Source of the DNA: Corallochytrium limacisporum Hawaii
Taxonomy: Eukaryota; Protista; Pluriformea
Direction: 5' to 3'
Length of the DNA: 64,000 bases
Assembly (NCBI GenBank): GCA_002811645.1
Contig: PDIP01000003.1
Location: forward strand, 558,001 to 622,000
Each line of letters starts with the position of its first letter. Position 1 is the stretch's first letter. Shown here piece after piece: positions 44,707 to 54,676 of this stretch. The translations under genes and the position numbers were made by a program. A model generated the notes under the pieces. The model did not search any database and was not told the DNA's origin. It saw only the letters and a list, made by a program, of their open reading frames with translations.

Positions 44707-47700
44707 ATGGCGCCCGCAAGCATCGACACAGGTGTGACCACCACCGGTTTGGGGGTGCTCTTACAGGCCCTAACTAAGACAGAGGGTTCCACAGTGTTCT
44801 ATACGTCGAAGCAGTACAATGCCTCTGCGGCAATCCAATGTTCTAGTCGAAATGTCGACTTCCGTGAGCATGACCCCCTGCTCACTGCTGCTCAGGAGCA
44901 GCTTGCCAATTCCGCCATTTGCGTGAAGGCTGTTCTGGGTAGCTCACAGCTTCGCGAAAGTCTGCCTTTTCTGACATCATTCGCTCAGTCCCGGTCTTCT
45001 ATGGTCTTTGTTGCTGTGGCAGATAACCTGGACGACGTGCAGTCCTTGGCACAGGACACTTCCTTTAAGCGTGCGGGGGTGTCCTTAGTAGTCCCCAACG
45101 GTGACATTCAGGAGATCTATGACATGACCGTGATTGTCCAGGCCTTTGCCATCCAGGCCAAGACTCCGGTAGCCATTGTTCTCGAGCGTGCTGTGCTCTT
45201 TGAAAGCATCGGTGTAGCGGCGGTTTCGCCTACCATTCAGGTCGCGGACCTCGTCGTTGAGACAACAGAGGAGAAGCAGGGTGTTTCTACCTCTGCTGTT
45301 GGCGCTTACAATCTCAGTTTCCGGGACACTGGCGACAGCAGTGCGGTGATCGCCGCTTATGTGCAGGTGGCTGATGCCTTTGCCAACGTCACCGGCCGCT
45401 CCTACGCTACGGTCGAAACTGTACGCGCTGCCACTTCTACGGCCAATGTCGCGGTGGCTGTAGCTCCCGTGGCTGAGGTTGTCAAGTCTCAAAGCAGTGA
45501 TTTCTCCGTGGTGGCCATCCGGGTTGCACAGCCTCTGGCTTTGCAGACTGAATCTTTCGAGGCTGCTGAGCAGATTGCTATTCTCACCAACGGCGAGGAT
45601 GCTTCCAGTGCTCTCTACGTTGATTTTCTGGAGGCCAGTGACGATCTACCCGCGCACATTGTTACACTGAATGTTACCGGTTCTGACCTTGTCCAGTCTC
45701 GCCGCGCGCTGACAATCACTGAGGAAGGCCTGACCGTGCAGGGAGATGAAGAGTTCTCCGAGGAGCCTGCTGAGGTAGCCTCTTCCCTGGTTCGTGTCTT
45801 CAGTAGTGACACAAAGCGCTTGAATGCTGTCCTGGAATTGATCGTCGATCTCTCTCGCGTCGTACTCGGTACCCCTGCGCGTGCACTGACCCAGAGCGCT
45901 TCCGACGGGTCTGCGGTTCTATACAGTGGCATTGTCAAACTCGGCAATGATAGCAACGTAAACAGCACTGATTTCGCTGCCCGTGCTACTGTTGACGTCG
46001 CCCTTGACCCTGCTGCCCTTGAGAAGACTGTGCGCTTCAGTGGCCTCGTGGAGTCTCCGAGACTAGTGGTATTCGGTGTTGCTTCCAATGCGCTAGATTC
46101 TGCCCTCGCCTCGGATGTGAAGGGGGCTCTGTGCTCTGCCTACACCAAGATCGGTGCATCTACAGGTGATGACCTGTCCCTTGTTGCAGCATTTATCTAC
46201 GCACAGGTCGTCGACGAGGAAGCCCGCACCCGCTGCCTCGCCAGTCTGACCGCAGCCGTGGATGCTCTGGAGCAGGACATTGCAGCTGCCCTGCCCAAAA
46301 GCATACCCGGTGCCTGGAAGCAGAAGTTTGGCACTGTCCCTGTACCCCAGAAGACCTTTGTTGCCCAGAAGAACGTGAGTGCAACAGATTCCACTGGCAC
46401 TGGCGAGCGCCCTCACCCATATCTTGAGGTGCTGGGCCACGTCACCGGTTCCAAGAAGATTGACACGGAATCGCAATTACACTCTGCCATTGGAAAGTCA
46501 TTGGCTGCACAGCAGGCCCGCGAGGACCTTTTGACGGCTGTCCGTCAGACTCTGCGGGACGCAGAGGATGACATCGCTGAGGACACTAAGACTGTACTCG
46601 GGGAGTACCTAGCAGGAGCGGCCATTGGCCGTAGTGAGGAACTACTTTCCAAGATTGCAGGTCTGCCGGACCGTGAGCAGTTCTCTGCCATTGATGATCT
46701 TGCCAAGAACCTGGAGGACGGTGTTCTGGATGGTAAGCACAAATGGCTAGTCCTAGACATGGGGAAGACCACCGATACCATGGCACTGAGTGCCGTGAAT
46801 TCCTTCCTAAGTAGCCGCTGCGAGCTGAACCTGCTGATAGTAGACACTGATCTGTACTCTGGTAAGCGCCACCGCCGCACTCGCGACATTGGGCTATACG
46901 CCATGCAGTATGGCAATGCCTATGTTGCCAGTATCGCTATGTATGCCTCTTACACGCAGACCATGGAGGCTCTAGCCGAAGCCCAGACCTTCCACGGTCC
47001 TTCTGTCGTCCTGGCCTACTACCCCGCCGCCAAGGAGGGACAGATTGAGACTCTCAAGCGCACCAAAGAGGCCATTGACAACGGTTGGGTTCCTTTGTAT
47101 CGTTGGAACCCGGAGCAGGAGTCTCCGTTTACTCTAGACACAGAACAAAACCGCACTGAGATCCAGCAATTCCTGGATCGGTTCAATCACCTCTCTCTGC
47201 TCTCCAAGACCGAGGCTTCTTTCCCATCTGCCATTGATGGTAGCGTGGACAAAAGTTACAAGTCAGCTCGGAACGCAGAGCTTGCTCGTGCAAAGCAGTC
47301 TTTCGATGGTCTTCTGTCTGGTATGAACCATGACCCGGTCACCATCCTTTACGGTTCCGACGGCGGTAACGCGGAAAAGGTTGCCTTTTCTTTGACAAAG
47401 AAGTTAAAGAGCTCGGGTGTCCCCACTGTTTGCATCCCCGCTGATGACTTTGACGCGGCTGACCTATCCAACCTGAAGCGCCTGGTTATTATCCTAGCAA
47501 CTGCAGGTCAGGGTGAGTACACTATGAACTCAAAAGAATTTGGCAAGGCAGTTGCTAGCATGGACGAGAGTCTGGAGAATGTAGAGACTGCGATCTTTGG
47601 CTTGGGTGACCGCCACTACTGGCCGGGCAAAGATGGTGACCGCTACTTCTGCAAGCCTGCCAAGGACGTAGACAAGCATTTTAAGCGACTGGGGGCTCAG

Positions 47701-49536
47701 GAACTCGTTGAGACTGGACTGGGTGATGACCAGGACGATGATGGCTATCAGACAAAACTGAAGCCCTGGGAAGGTGAGCTAATGGCCAAGCTGGGTCTGG
47801 ATGCGTCCGCTGTCTCCGAGCCTCCGCCGAAGTCCGTCGAAGACATCAAGGACGAGTCCAACTACTTGCGTGGTACCATTCTGCAGGGGTTGCAGGACCG
47901 CAGCACAGGGGCCATCTCTGCTTCGGATGCTCAACTTACCAAATTTCACGGTATCTATATGCAGGACGATCGCGATCTGCGCGAGACTCGTAAGGCCCAG
48001 GGTATGGAAAAGGCTTTCAGCTTTATGGTGCGTGTCCGTGTGCCCGGGGGGATCACTACCTCCGAACAGTGGCTGGAGATGGATCGGATCAGTGACGAAC
48101 TCGCTAACGGTACCCTGAAGCTGACCACTCGCCAGGCCTATCAGCTCCATGGTGTGCTCAAGTACAACCTCAAGGCGTCTATCCAGGGCATCAATCGAGC
48201 TCTCATGGACACCCTGGCTGCCTGCGGTGACGTGAATCGCAATGTCATGTGCAACCCGAACCCTTTCCAAAGCAAGGTGCATGCTGAGGTACAGCAGTTC
48301 GTAGAAGACCTAAGTGCCCATTTGACACCTCGCACCTCTGCCTACCACGAAATCTGGCTCGATAAGAAGCCCGTTGGCGGCGGTTCTTTCGTGGATGAGG
48401 AGCCAATTTACGGCAAGCACTACCTACCTCGCAAATTCAAGATTGCAGTTGCCATTCCCCCAAACAACGACGTGGACGTCTTCGCCCACTGCCTTGGTTT
48501 TATTGCTGTTGTGGACCAGGACGAGAATCTGCTGGGCTTCAACGTAACCGTTGGTGGTGGTATGGGTATGACGCACGGTAACAAGAAAACCTTCCCCCGT
48601 ACTGCAGATGTCATGTGCTTCGCCCCCGTGGATAAGTGCATTGATATTGCGGAGAAGGTTGTCACAACCCAGCGGGACTACGGCGATCGTACCAACCGCA
48701 AGCACGCACGCCTTAAATACACCATCGACGACCGTGGCATCGAATGGTTTAAGGCCGAGGTCGAAAGTCGGCTGGGCTACAAGCTGGAGGACCCCAAGCC
48801 CTTCCGTTTCACCTCCAATTCCGACCGCTATGGCTGGACCCAAGGTCTGGAAAACAAGTGGCATTACGGTATGTACATCGAAAATGGTCGTGTCCTTGAC
48901 AAGCCTGGTCACATGCTCAAGACTGCCCTCCGTGAGGTTGCCAAAGTCCACACTGGCGACTTCCGTCTGACCTCCAACCAAAATCTGATTATTGGCAACG
49001 TCGAGGAGTCCAACAAAGATTTCATTGAACAGATCCTGCAGCGGCATGGCTGTGGCAACCAGGCTCACTCTGGACTGCGCTTGAATTCAATGGCCTGTGT
49101 TGCTTTGCCAACCTGTGCCCTTGCCATGGCAGAGTCTGAGCGCTATTTGCCTTCCTTGGTTACACGTGTCGAGGAGCTACTGGACGAGAGTGGCTTGCGC
49201 CAGGAGGCCATTACCATTCGCATGACTGGCTGCCCGAACGGCTGTGCCCGCCCATACCTGGCAGAGATTGCCTTTGTCGGTAAGGCCCCAGGCACTTACA
49301 ATATGTACTTGGGTGCCTCTCACAGTGGTGATCGCCTGAACAAACTCTTCCGGGAGTCTCTCAAGGAGGATGAGATCATTAAGGTTCTGCGTCCTATTAT
49401 CAAAGCCTACTCTTCTGAGAAGCGAGAAGGCGAGCATTTTGGAGATTTTGTGATCCGTCAGGGATACATCAAGCCTACCATTCAAGGCCGTCACTTCCAC
49501 GACGATGTGAACACTGAAGGAGCCATTGTGGCATAA
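44707..49536 (+). CDS. MET5: assimilatory sulfite reductase hemoprotein beta subunit (siroheme/4Fe-4S) with flavodoxin domain, fungal type
   Basis: PFOR-like N-terminal part ([16 protein letters not shown]...GPSVVLAY), flavodoxin [12 protein letters not shown]...ATAGQGE...FGLGD, NIR/SIR core [48 protein letters not shown]. First ATG in CACAAAATGG is 44707 (ORF-track 44608 is TTG). Confidence 0.96.
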   Translation: MAPASIDTGVTTTGLGVLLQALTKTEGSTVFYTSKQYNASAAIQCSSRNVDFREHDPLLTAAQEQLANSAICVKAVLGSSQLRESLPFLTSFAQSRSSMVFVAVADNLDDVQSLAQDTSFKRAGVSLVVPNGDIQEIYDMTVIVQAFAIQAKTPVAIVLERAVLFESIGVAAVSPTIQVADLVVETTEEKQGVSTSAVGAYNLSFRDTGDSSAVIAAYVQVADAFANVTGRSYATVETVRAATSTANVAVAVAPVAEVVKSQSSDFSVVAIRVAQPLALQTESFEAAEQIAILTNGEDASSALYVDFLEASDDLPAHIVTLNVTGSDLVQSRRALTITEEGLTVQGDEEFSEEPAEVASSLVRVFSSDTKRLNAVLELIVDLSRVVLGTPARALTQSASDGSAVLYSGIVKLGNDSNVNSTDFAARATVDVALDPAALEKTVRFSGLVESPRLVVFGVASNALDSALASDVKGALCSAYTKIGASTGDDLSLVAAFIYAQVVDEEARTRCLASLTAAVDALEQDIAAALPKSIPGAWKQKFGTVPVPQKTFVAQKNVSATDSTGTGERPHPYLEVLGHVTGSKKIDTESQLHSAIGKSLAAQQAREDLLTAVRQTLRDAEDDIAEDTKTVLGEYLAGAAIGRSEELLSKIAGLPDREQFSAIDDLAKNLEDGVLDGKHKWLVLDMGKTTDTMALSAVNSFLSSRCELNLLIVDTDLYSGKRHRRTRDIGLYAMQYGNAYVASIAMYASYTQTMEALAEAQTFHGPSVVLAYYPAAKEGQIETLKRTKEAIDNGWVPLYRWNPEQESPFTLDTEQNRTEIQQFLDRFNHLSLLSKTEASFPSAIDGSVDKSYKSARNAELARAKQSFDGLLSGMNHDPVTILYGSDGGNAEKVAFSLTKKLKSSGVPTVCIPADDFDAADLSNLKRLVIILATAGQGEYTMNSKEFGKAVASMDESLENVETAIFGLGDRHYWPGKDGDRYFCKPAKDVDKHFKRLGAQELVETGLGDDQDDDGYQTKLKPWEGELMAKLGLDASAVSEPPPKSVEDIKDESNYLRGTILQGLQDRSTGAISASDAQLTKFHGIYMQDDRDLRETRKAQGMEKAFSFMVRVRVPGGITTSEQWLEMDRISDELANGTLKLTTRQAYQLHGVLKYNLKASIQGINRALMDTLAACGDVNRNVMCNPNPFQSKVHAEVQQFVEDLSAHLTPRTSAYHEIWLDKKPVGGGSFVDEEPIYGKHYLPRKFKIAVAIPPNNDVDVFAHCLGFIAVVDQDENLLGFNVTVGGGMGMTHGNKKTFPRTADVMCFAPVDKCIDIAEKVVTTQRDYGDRTNRKHARLKYTIDDRGIEWFKAEVESRLGYKLEDPKPFRFTSNSDRYGWTQGLENKWHYGMYIENGRVLDKPGHMLKTALREVAKVHTGDFRLTSNQNLIIGNVEESNKDFIEQILQRHGCGNQAHSGLRLNSMACVALPTCALAMAESERYLPSLVTRVEELLDESGLRQEAITIRMTGCPNGCARPYLAEIAFVGKAPGTYNMYLGASHSGDRLNKLFRESLKEDEIIKVLRPIIKAYSSEKREGEHFGDFVIRQGYIKPTIQGRHFHDDVNTEGAIVA

Positions 49537-49743
49537 GGAGGGAACCTTAAGAAATGTTCTCGCCCAGACGGGGTTGTTGATATTGTAATTGAAATACACT
49601 GTCCATTGTCGTAGGTGTAATATTTCAAGAACTTTCTCTCACTTCAAACCTAATAGCGAACTAAATTGAATGTCTCATACGATGATGCCAAACGATGATT
49701 TATGAATGTTGAACCTTAATGACAGTTTTGTAAAGAAAATATT

Positions 49744-51225
49744 TTATGCCGTCTGCAGAGCATTGCAGACTCCGCCGACAATGATGGCAGCAGGGGAGAT
49801 GATAACGGCATCACGGGCCTTCTGATGAATGTCCTCCAGGGTGCCAAAGACTTCCTGCTGATCCCCCCACGTTGCCTTCTGCACCACAGCGGCCGGAGTT
49901 TTGTTTGGGAATCCAAGTTCGCTGATAAGGCGTTGACTCAGGTCTCCTAGGCGCTCAATGCCCATGAGGAACACAAGAGTGCGCTTGGCGTGGTACTGAG
50001 GGATCTCGGGCAAAGTACCCTCCCGTCCGCGACCAGTCAGCACTAGCACTTGATCAGCTATACCACGATGAGTCACAGGGATATTGGCAGCCAGAGGGGC
50101 AGCGAATGCACTCGTCACACCAGCGATCACTTTGGCCTCGTAACCGTGCTCGCGGAAGAAAACAATCTCTTCACCACCGCGACCGAATACAAAGGGATCC
50201 CCACCCTTGAGGCGAACGACGGTCTTGCCCTGCTTCAGCGCCTGTAAACCCCACTCGTGGAGCTCGTTCTGGGCCTTATCAGCCCTTCCAGGGTACTTCT
50301 GTGCAAACTTGATCTCGCACTTGATCGTGTTGATCAACTCTTTAGGGATCAGCTTGTCCGCAAGCACCAAATCAGCACGGTCCAGGACTTCACGAGCAGC
50401 CATTGTCAGTAAACCCGGTGAACCCGGCCCAGCACCGACCAACCAAATCTCACCATGGGCAGCAAGTATCTTATCATCACAGCCACTCTGTTCCTCCTCG
50501 TTCCTTGTATGTTGGGCCTGCTGCGTGAGTGCGCGACTGACGCCTAGTGAAGAAGGTAATACATCTTCCAGGTAATGCACCTTGAGTTCCTCAATATCAC
50601 CAGCAGTGATCTTGGCCAGGTCGTCATAAGACCATGACTCTGCAATCCTCCTCAAAAAAGTGCTTGCTGGCATCTCCTTATTTTCATTGACCTCGATGGC
50701 CCGAATGGCATCCCGCATACTGGCATACTTCTCGATCGAAGAGGAGATATTTGTGGGCAGTAACTTTTCGATGTCCCGGCGGATACGGGCGGCAAGACTG
50801 CAGCCAGACCCTTTTGTGCTAACGGTAACCTCGAGTCGGCCTTGGTGGCTCACAGATGGCAGAATAAAGTCACTGCTGTCTGCGGCCAGGGGGGCAGTCA
50901 CGAGGATCCCTGCATCATTGCACACCCTTGCGAGCCATTGTTGTTGTGCCTGGTCACCTTCAGCCACAAATAGAACCTGCACTCCAAGGCTCAGCAGGGC
51001 ATCCCGAGAGATTTCCTCCTTCGAAAATTCCACTCTGCCACTTTCCAGAAACTGCTTCATCTCAGTTGCCACTATGGCCGCAGGCGGCATGAAGACAGTG
51101 AGACGATTCACCCCGCCTTGCAGCGCGAGATTCACGCGGGATGCCGCCAGAACGCCAGTACCATAGACGCCAACCACGCGTCCAGACAGACGTAACCCAA
51201 CGGAGACGTGGTTGCGAGTTGCCAT
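49744..51225 (-). CDS. MET1: siroheme synthase (CysG-type fusion: precorrin-2 dehydrogenase/ferrochelatase-like + uroporphyrinogen-III C-methyltransferase)
   Basis: N-terminal Met8/CysG-B-like Rossmann GTGVLAASR, SDFILPS...LEVTVSTKG.G..LAARIRRDIE; C-terminal SUMT motifs LVGAGPGSPGLLT, VVRLKGGDPFVFGRGGEE, IPVTHRG, TLVFLMG. Confidence 0.93.
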   Translation of the reverse strand: MATRNHVSVGLRLSGRVVGVYGTGVLAASRVNLALQGGVNRLTVFMPPAAIVATEMKQFLESGRVEFSKEEISRDALLSLGVQVLFVAEGDQAQQQWLARVCNDAGILVTAPLAADSSDFILPSVSHQGRLEVTVSTKGSGCSLAARIRRDIEKLLPTNISSSIEKYASMRDAIRAIEVNENKEMPASTFLRRIAESWSYDDLAKITAGDIEELKVHYLEDVLPSSLGVSRALTQQAQHTRNEEEQSGCDDKILAAHGEIWLVGAGPGSPGLLTMAAREVLDRADLVLADKLIPKELINTIKCEIKFAQKYPGRADKAQNELHEWGLQALKQGKTVVRLKGGDPFVFGRGGEEIVFFREHGYEAKVIAGVTSAFAAPLAANIPVTHRGIADQVLVLTGRGREGTLPEIPQYHAKRTLVFLMGIERLGDLSQRLISELGFPNKTPAAVVQKATWGDQQEVFGTLEDIHQKARDAVIISPAAIIVGGVCNALQTA

Positions 51226-52312
51226 ATTGGCAAAGATTTCTGTTCTCCGTAATCCTCGAAGGCACTCTTATCGTTGAGTCCTGTCTCATCGGACGTCCTT
51301 TCACATAGGTCTTGAAAATCATCTTATCATTTCTTAGTACCAGAATCGAATTATGTCGCCGGTGTCCTGACAATTACTATGTCTGTCCCACCCACAGTCG
51401 TCTGTCGGGACAGCTGACCACCGTCGGCGAGGACAGAAGAAAGTGCCGAGTTGAGTGTGGACTTAGGGCTCCCTGGCTTTACCACCACTGCATTTCAGTG
51501 GAAAATGTGTGAACTTGGGCCCCCGCCATAGAAGAGCACCGGCAGACAAAAATAGCACGAGTACGGGTACGTTGGAGACCCGTATAACAGAGCGGTAAGT
51601 TTCCAGGCCTGAGATCCCTCTGATCCCTATCGATTCACCCCACTGCTGTGCTGGGATGACACTGCTTCGTATCGAGGGACGGCCAAAAAACTGGAGACGC
51701 AACTATACTTTTGCCACATCTGGGTATCGTATCTCATTCTGTTGCGTTCATCTAATCGACGTCACACCTTATTCGTCGCCCTTTCTCTTTTTTTTTTGTG
51801 TCCGCTCACAAAGAGCACAGTGTTGTGTCTTGTCCTCAGTAGTGTGTCGGCAGTTAATTTTTCAAATCTGCTTACCTTATCGAAAGTTCTTGGAAAAGTG
51901 TGACTTTCATGGGTCCAATTCCTTGACCTTGCGCACAAGATATCTCCGAGTCAAAACCTTCTCAATAGGAATCCCAGCCACAGCAAGGCCGATGAAATCG
52001 CTTAGTGGTTGTGCGAGTGCTCTGGTTGTGCGAGTGCACTCCTAGGGACTATATACTTCGGTGTATTTTCTATTGGACACGAACATTAAGTGGGCCTACG
52101 AAGGGAGAGGAGGAGGGGGGTAACCATCCATTTTTTCGTTTGCTACATCCGGGACCCTCTCATTCGCAACCAGCAGCCTCCGGAACTTAGGGACTTTGAA
52201 CCACATCACCGGGTGGTGATGCCATCAATTGCATCAAGGGAGCCATCACTGTGATAAGTAGGGCGACTTTGGTATGAGTCTGTTGGGGGGGGTCATTATT
52301 GTGCCCCCGTTC

Positions 52313-52357
52313 GGGGAAGGGTGGGGGAAAGGGGTGGGGCGGGGAGGGGGGAAGGGG
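52313..52357 (+). repeat. G-quadruplex-forming tract (8 G-runs) in the MET1 / reductase-sulfurylase divergent intergenic region
   Basis: GGGG-AA-GGG-T-GGGGG-AAA-GGGG-T-GGGG-C-GGGG-A-GGGGGG-AA-GGGG. Confidence 0.6.
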
Positions 52358-54676
52358 AAAAGGTTTCAGCCTACAAAAAACCACAACTGGGTAAAGCAAG
52401 GGGAAAAGGACCACAAGTTGCTTTTCTCCGCTGCTGGGGGAGTGTTGAATACGGAGATGCGTGGTGAAGGCTTAGTTAAACAAACGTTGCCCAGTCAGTT
52501 ACGTAATTGTGCTCCTCTGCAGCACAGTTTTCCGATCGGTCACGAGACTCTAAGCACCACGGTACTCATTTACGCGGGGGCCATGGTTTGAATTCTCCAT
52601 TTTTCAAACGTCATGGATGCATCGCCACACCAACATCACAGTAACCTCATAGACTGGCAACCATCCATTTTGCAGATGCACTGGAGAACCGCTGCATGTT
52701 AAACTTATATTCAGCTGCGAATGTGGGACCGGGATAGAGAATTTCACAGAGTGCAGACCGAATGCGATTCTTTGCAGACAACTCACACTATGCAAAAGCA
52801 TGAAATTTTCATGGCTAGCATGCTCCGGCAGCATGTAGTGCTAGAGCAACGTTTGCTGCATCATATCATAAGGCGGACTGTGGTAAGCCTGAGTACTATA
52901 CTGCTTACTTACACAACAAGACTCGTGGGGCCAACTTAGATGCGCTCACACACTCTGCTTTTCCCTGGGCATGAGATATGGGCGCCATCGGCATGTACTC
53001 CACCGTCCAGACTTGGTGGCTGATGTTGCATTGTTCCTAGATTAAATGCACAGCGAGGCGGCCTTTTCATGCATGATCCAGCAATCGTTCTGAACGATGA
53101 TTTGCTGAAACCTGGTTCAAAAAATGAGGGAAAACTAGAAAGAAGTTCAGAGTAGAAATCAAGTGTAGCACGAGAAAATTACCCAAAGACGGGCGTCTAC
53201 AGCAAATCCACACGTGAAAAGCAACTGTCTCACAACTGGGCTAAAGCTACACTGACAGCGGGAAGGGGTCGGTAAAGGCGCGGTGGACGCCCTTGTCGGT
53301 GAAGGGCACTAAGGTACTATCTACCTAGAATGAACCAAGCCTCGACTTCGTTACACTTTGAGCGGCGGGGTTTCATTAGCTTGGGCCGGTAGACGTGTCC
53401 AGATCCACTCCCACTGTGCTGCCGAACACACGTACAAGGAACAGCACCGCGCATTGTTCCAATTGACTGAGGGAAGGCATCATCATCGTCAGCAGAGAAT
53501 GCCCCGGTGGTGGGAGTTCCATTGCCGCTTGTGCACGCCTTCCACCTGAAGTGAAGAATAATGATCCGGGATTCTGGAACCCTATGCGACCTTAGCGTTC
53601 TGGGTCATTCAATGTGGATGGAGGGGAAAAAAACTGCGTCTTCCCCGTGAGACAGACACACCCTAAGTAGCACGGTATCATTTTGAAGTCTCTCAGAACG
53701 CGGAAGGAGTTTATTACCTGTCGTACATCTAGTATGGGAGGAGACTATTTACAGATCACTCATTTTGCAGGATGGGGGGCTATCTTTCGTATTCCCGTGA
53801 ACACAATCAAAATCGCAATGGACGTCCCGGGTGGAGGAAAGGGGGTGGGGAAAATGTTTCGTGATTAGTCGGGGGCAATACTTCTATATCTACAGTACGA
53901 GGACAAATCTGCGGATCGCAACCTATTGAGTATTACGGCCTATCTCGCACATTCCTGTGAAGTCGATCAGGACCCTGGAAATGGCAATATACCGCAACAC
54001 ATCGCCGAGATAGACTGATTTTGCAAGTGTGAGTACTCAGAATGGAAATTGTATACGTAATGTATGGATATCTCCCAAAGGCTTTTGTATACGTGGACAT
54101 AATTGGCAATGAGTGATCGGGAGGGGAGGGGGGAAAGGGTGATAGACGGTTTGTCATCGCAAACATCATCATCCTCAATGGTTCTGTGGTGGGCTCATGC
54201 TTACTTAGATGCCAAGGATAGTGTATTCTCCATGTCTGCGGCCATTTCATACATGCTGCAGTTATTCTCGCAATCCACACACAATGGTGGACACCACTCG
54301 GAAGCCACGTTCTTGGGAAGGGGTTAGCTCGAGGTACGCGACCGCGCACTGCAGTTTTGTGTCGTCCGTTGTGATTGAGGCGATACTGTCTGACTTTCAT
54401 TTGGGTATTCACCGGATTCCACTGAGATCATCGATATCTCTTTTTGAAATTGTCGGTCTTCCTCTTCTTCTCCTTGTTGGTTTGCGAATCGGTTCAATTA
54501 GAACCCTTTGGAGACCGAAACCGAGCTCTTGCAGTGACTTCCCTTCAGGGAGCAGTCAACACTCTGGACTGACTGCTATTTAAATGTCCCGGAGACAAGT
54601 GGATGTAGAATTGATGAGCGATCGATTAGTTGCAGACTTTGAAAGTCTAGGGTCCATCAAATTTATACATTTCAAC

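Noticed and set aside
39227-47300. Pyruvate:ferredoxin oxidoreductase genes
   Set aside because: The PFOR-like motifs are the degenerate N-terminal domains known from fungal-type sulfite reductase subunits; no ferredoxin CxxCxxCxxxC motifs are present.
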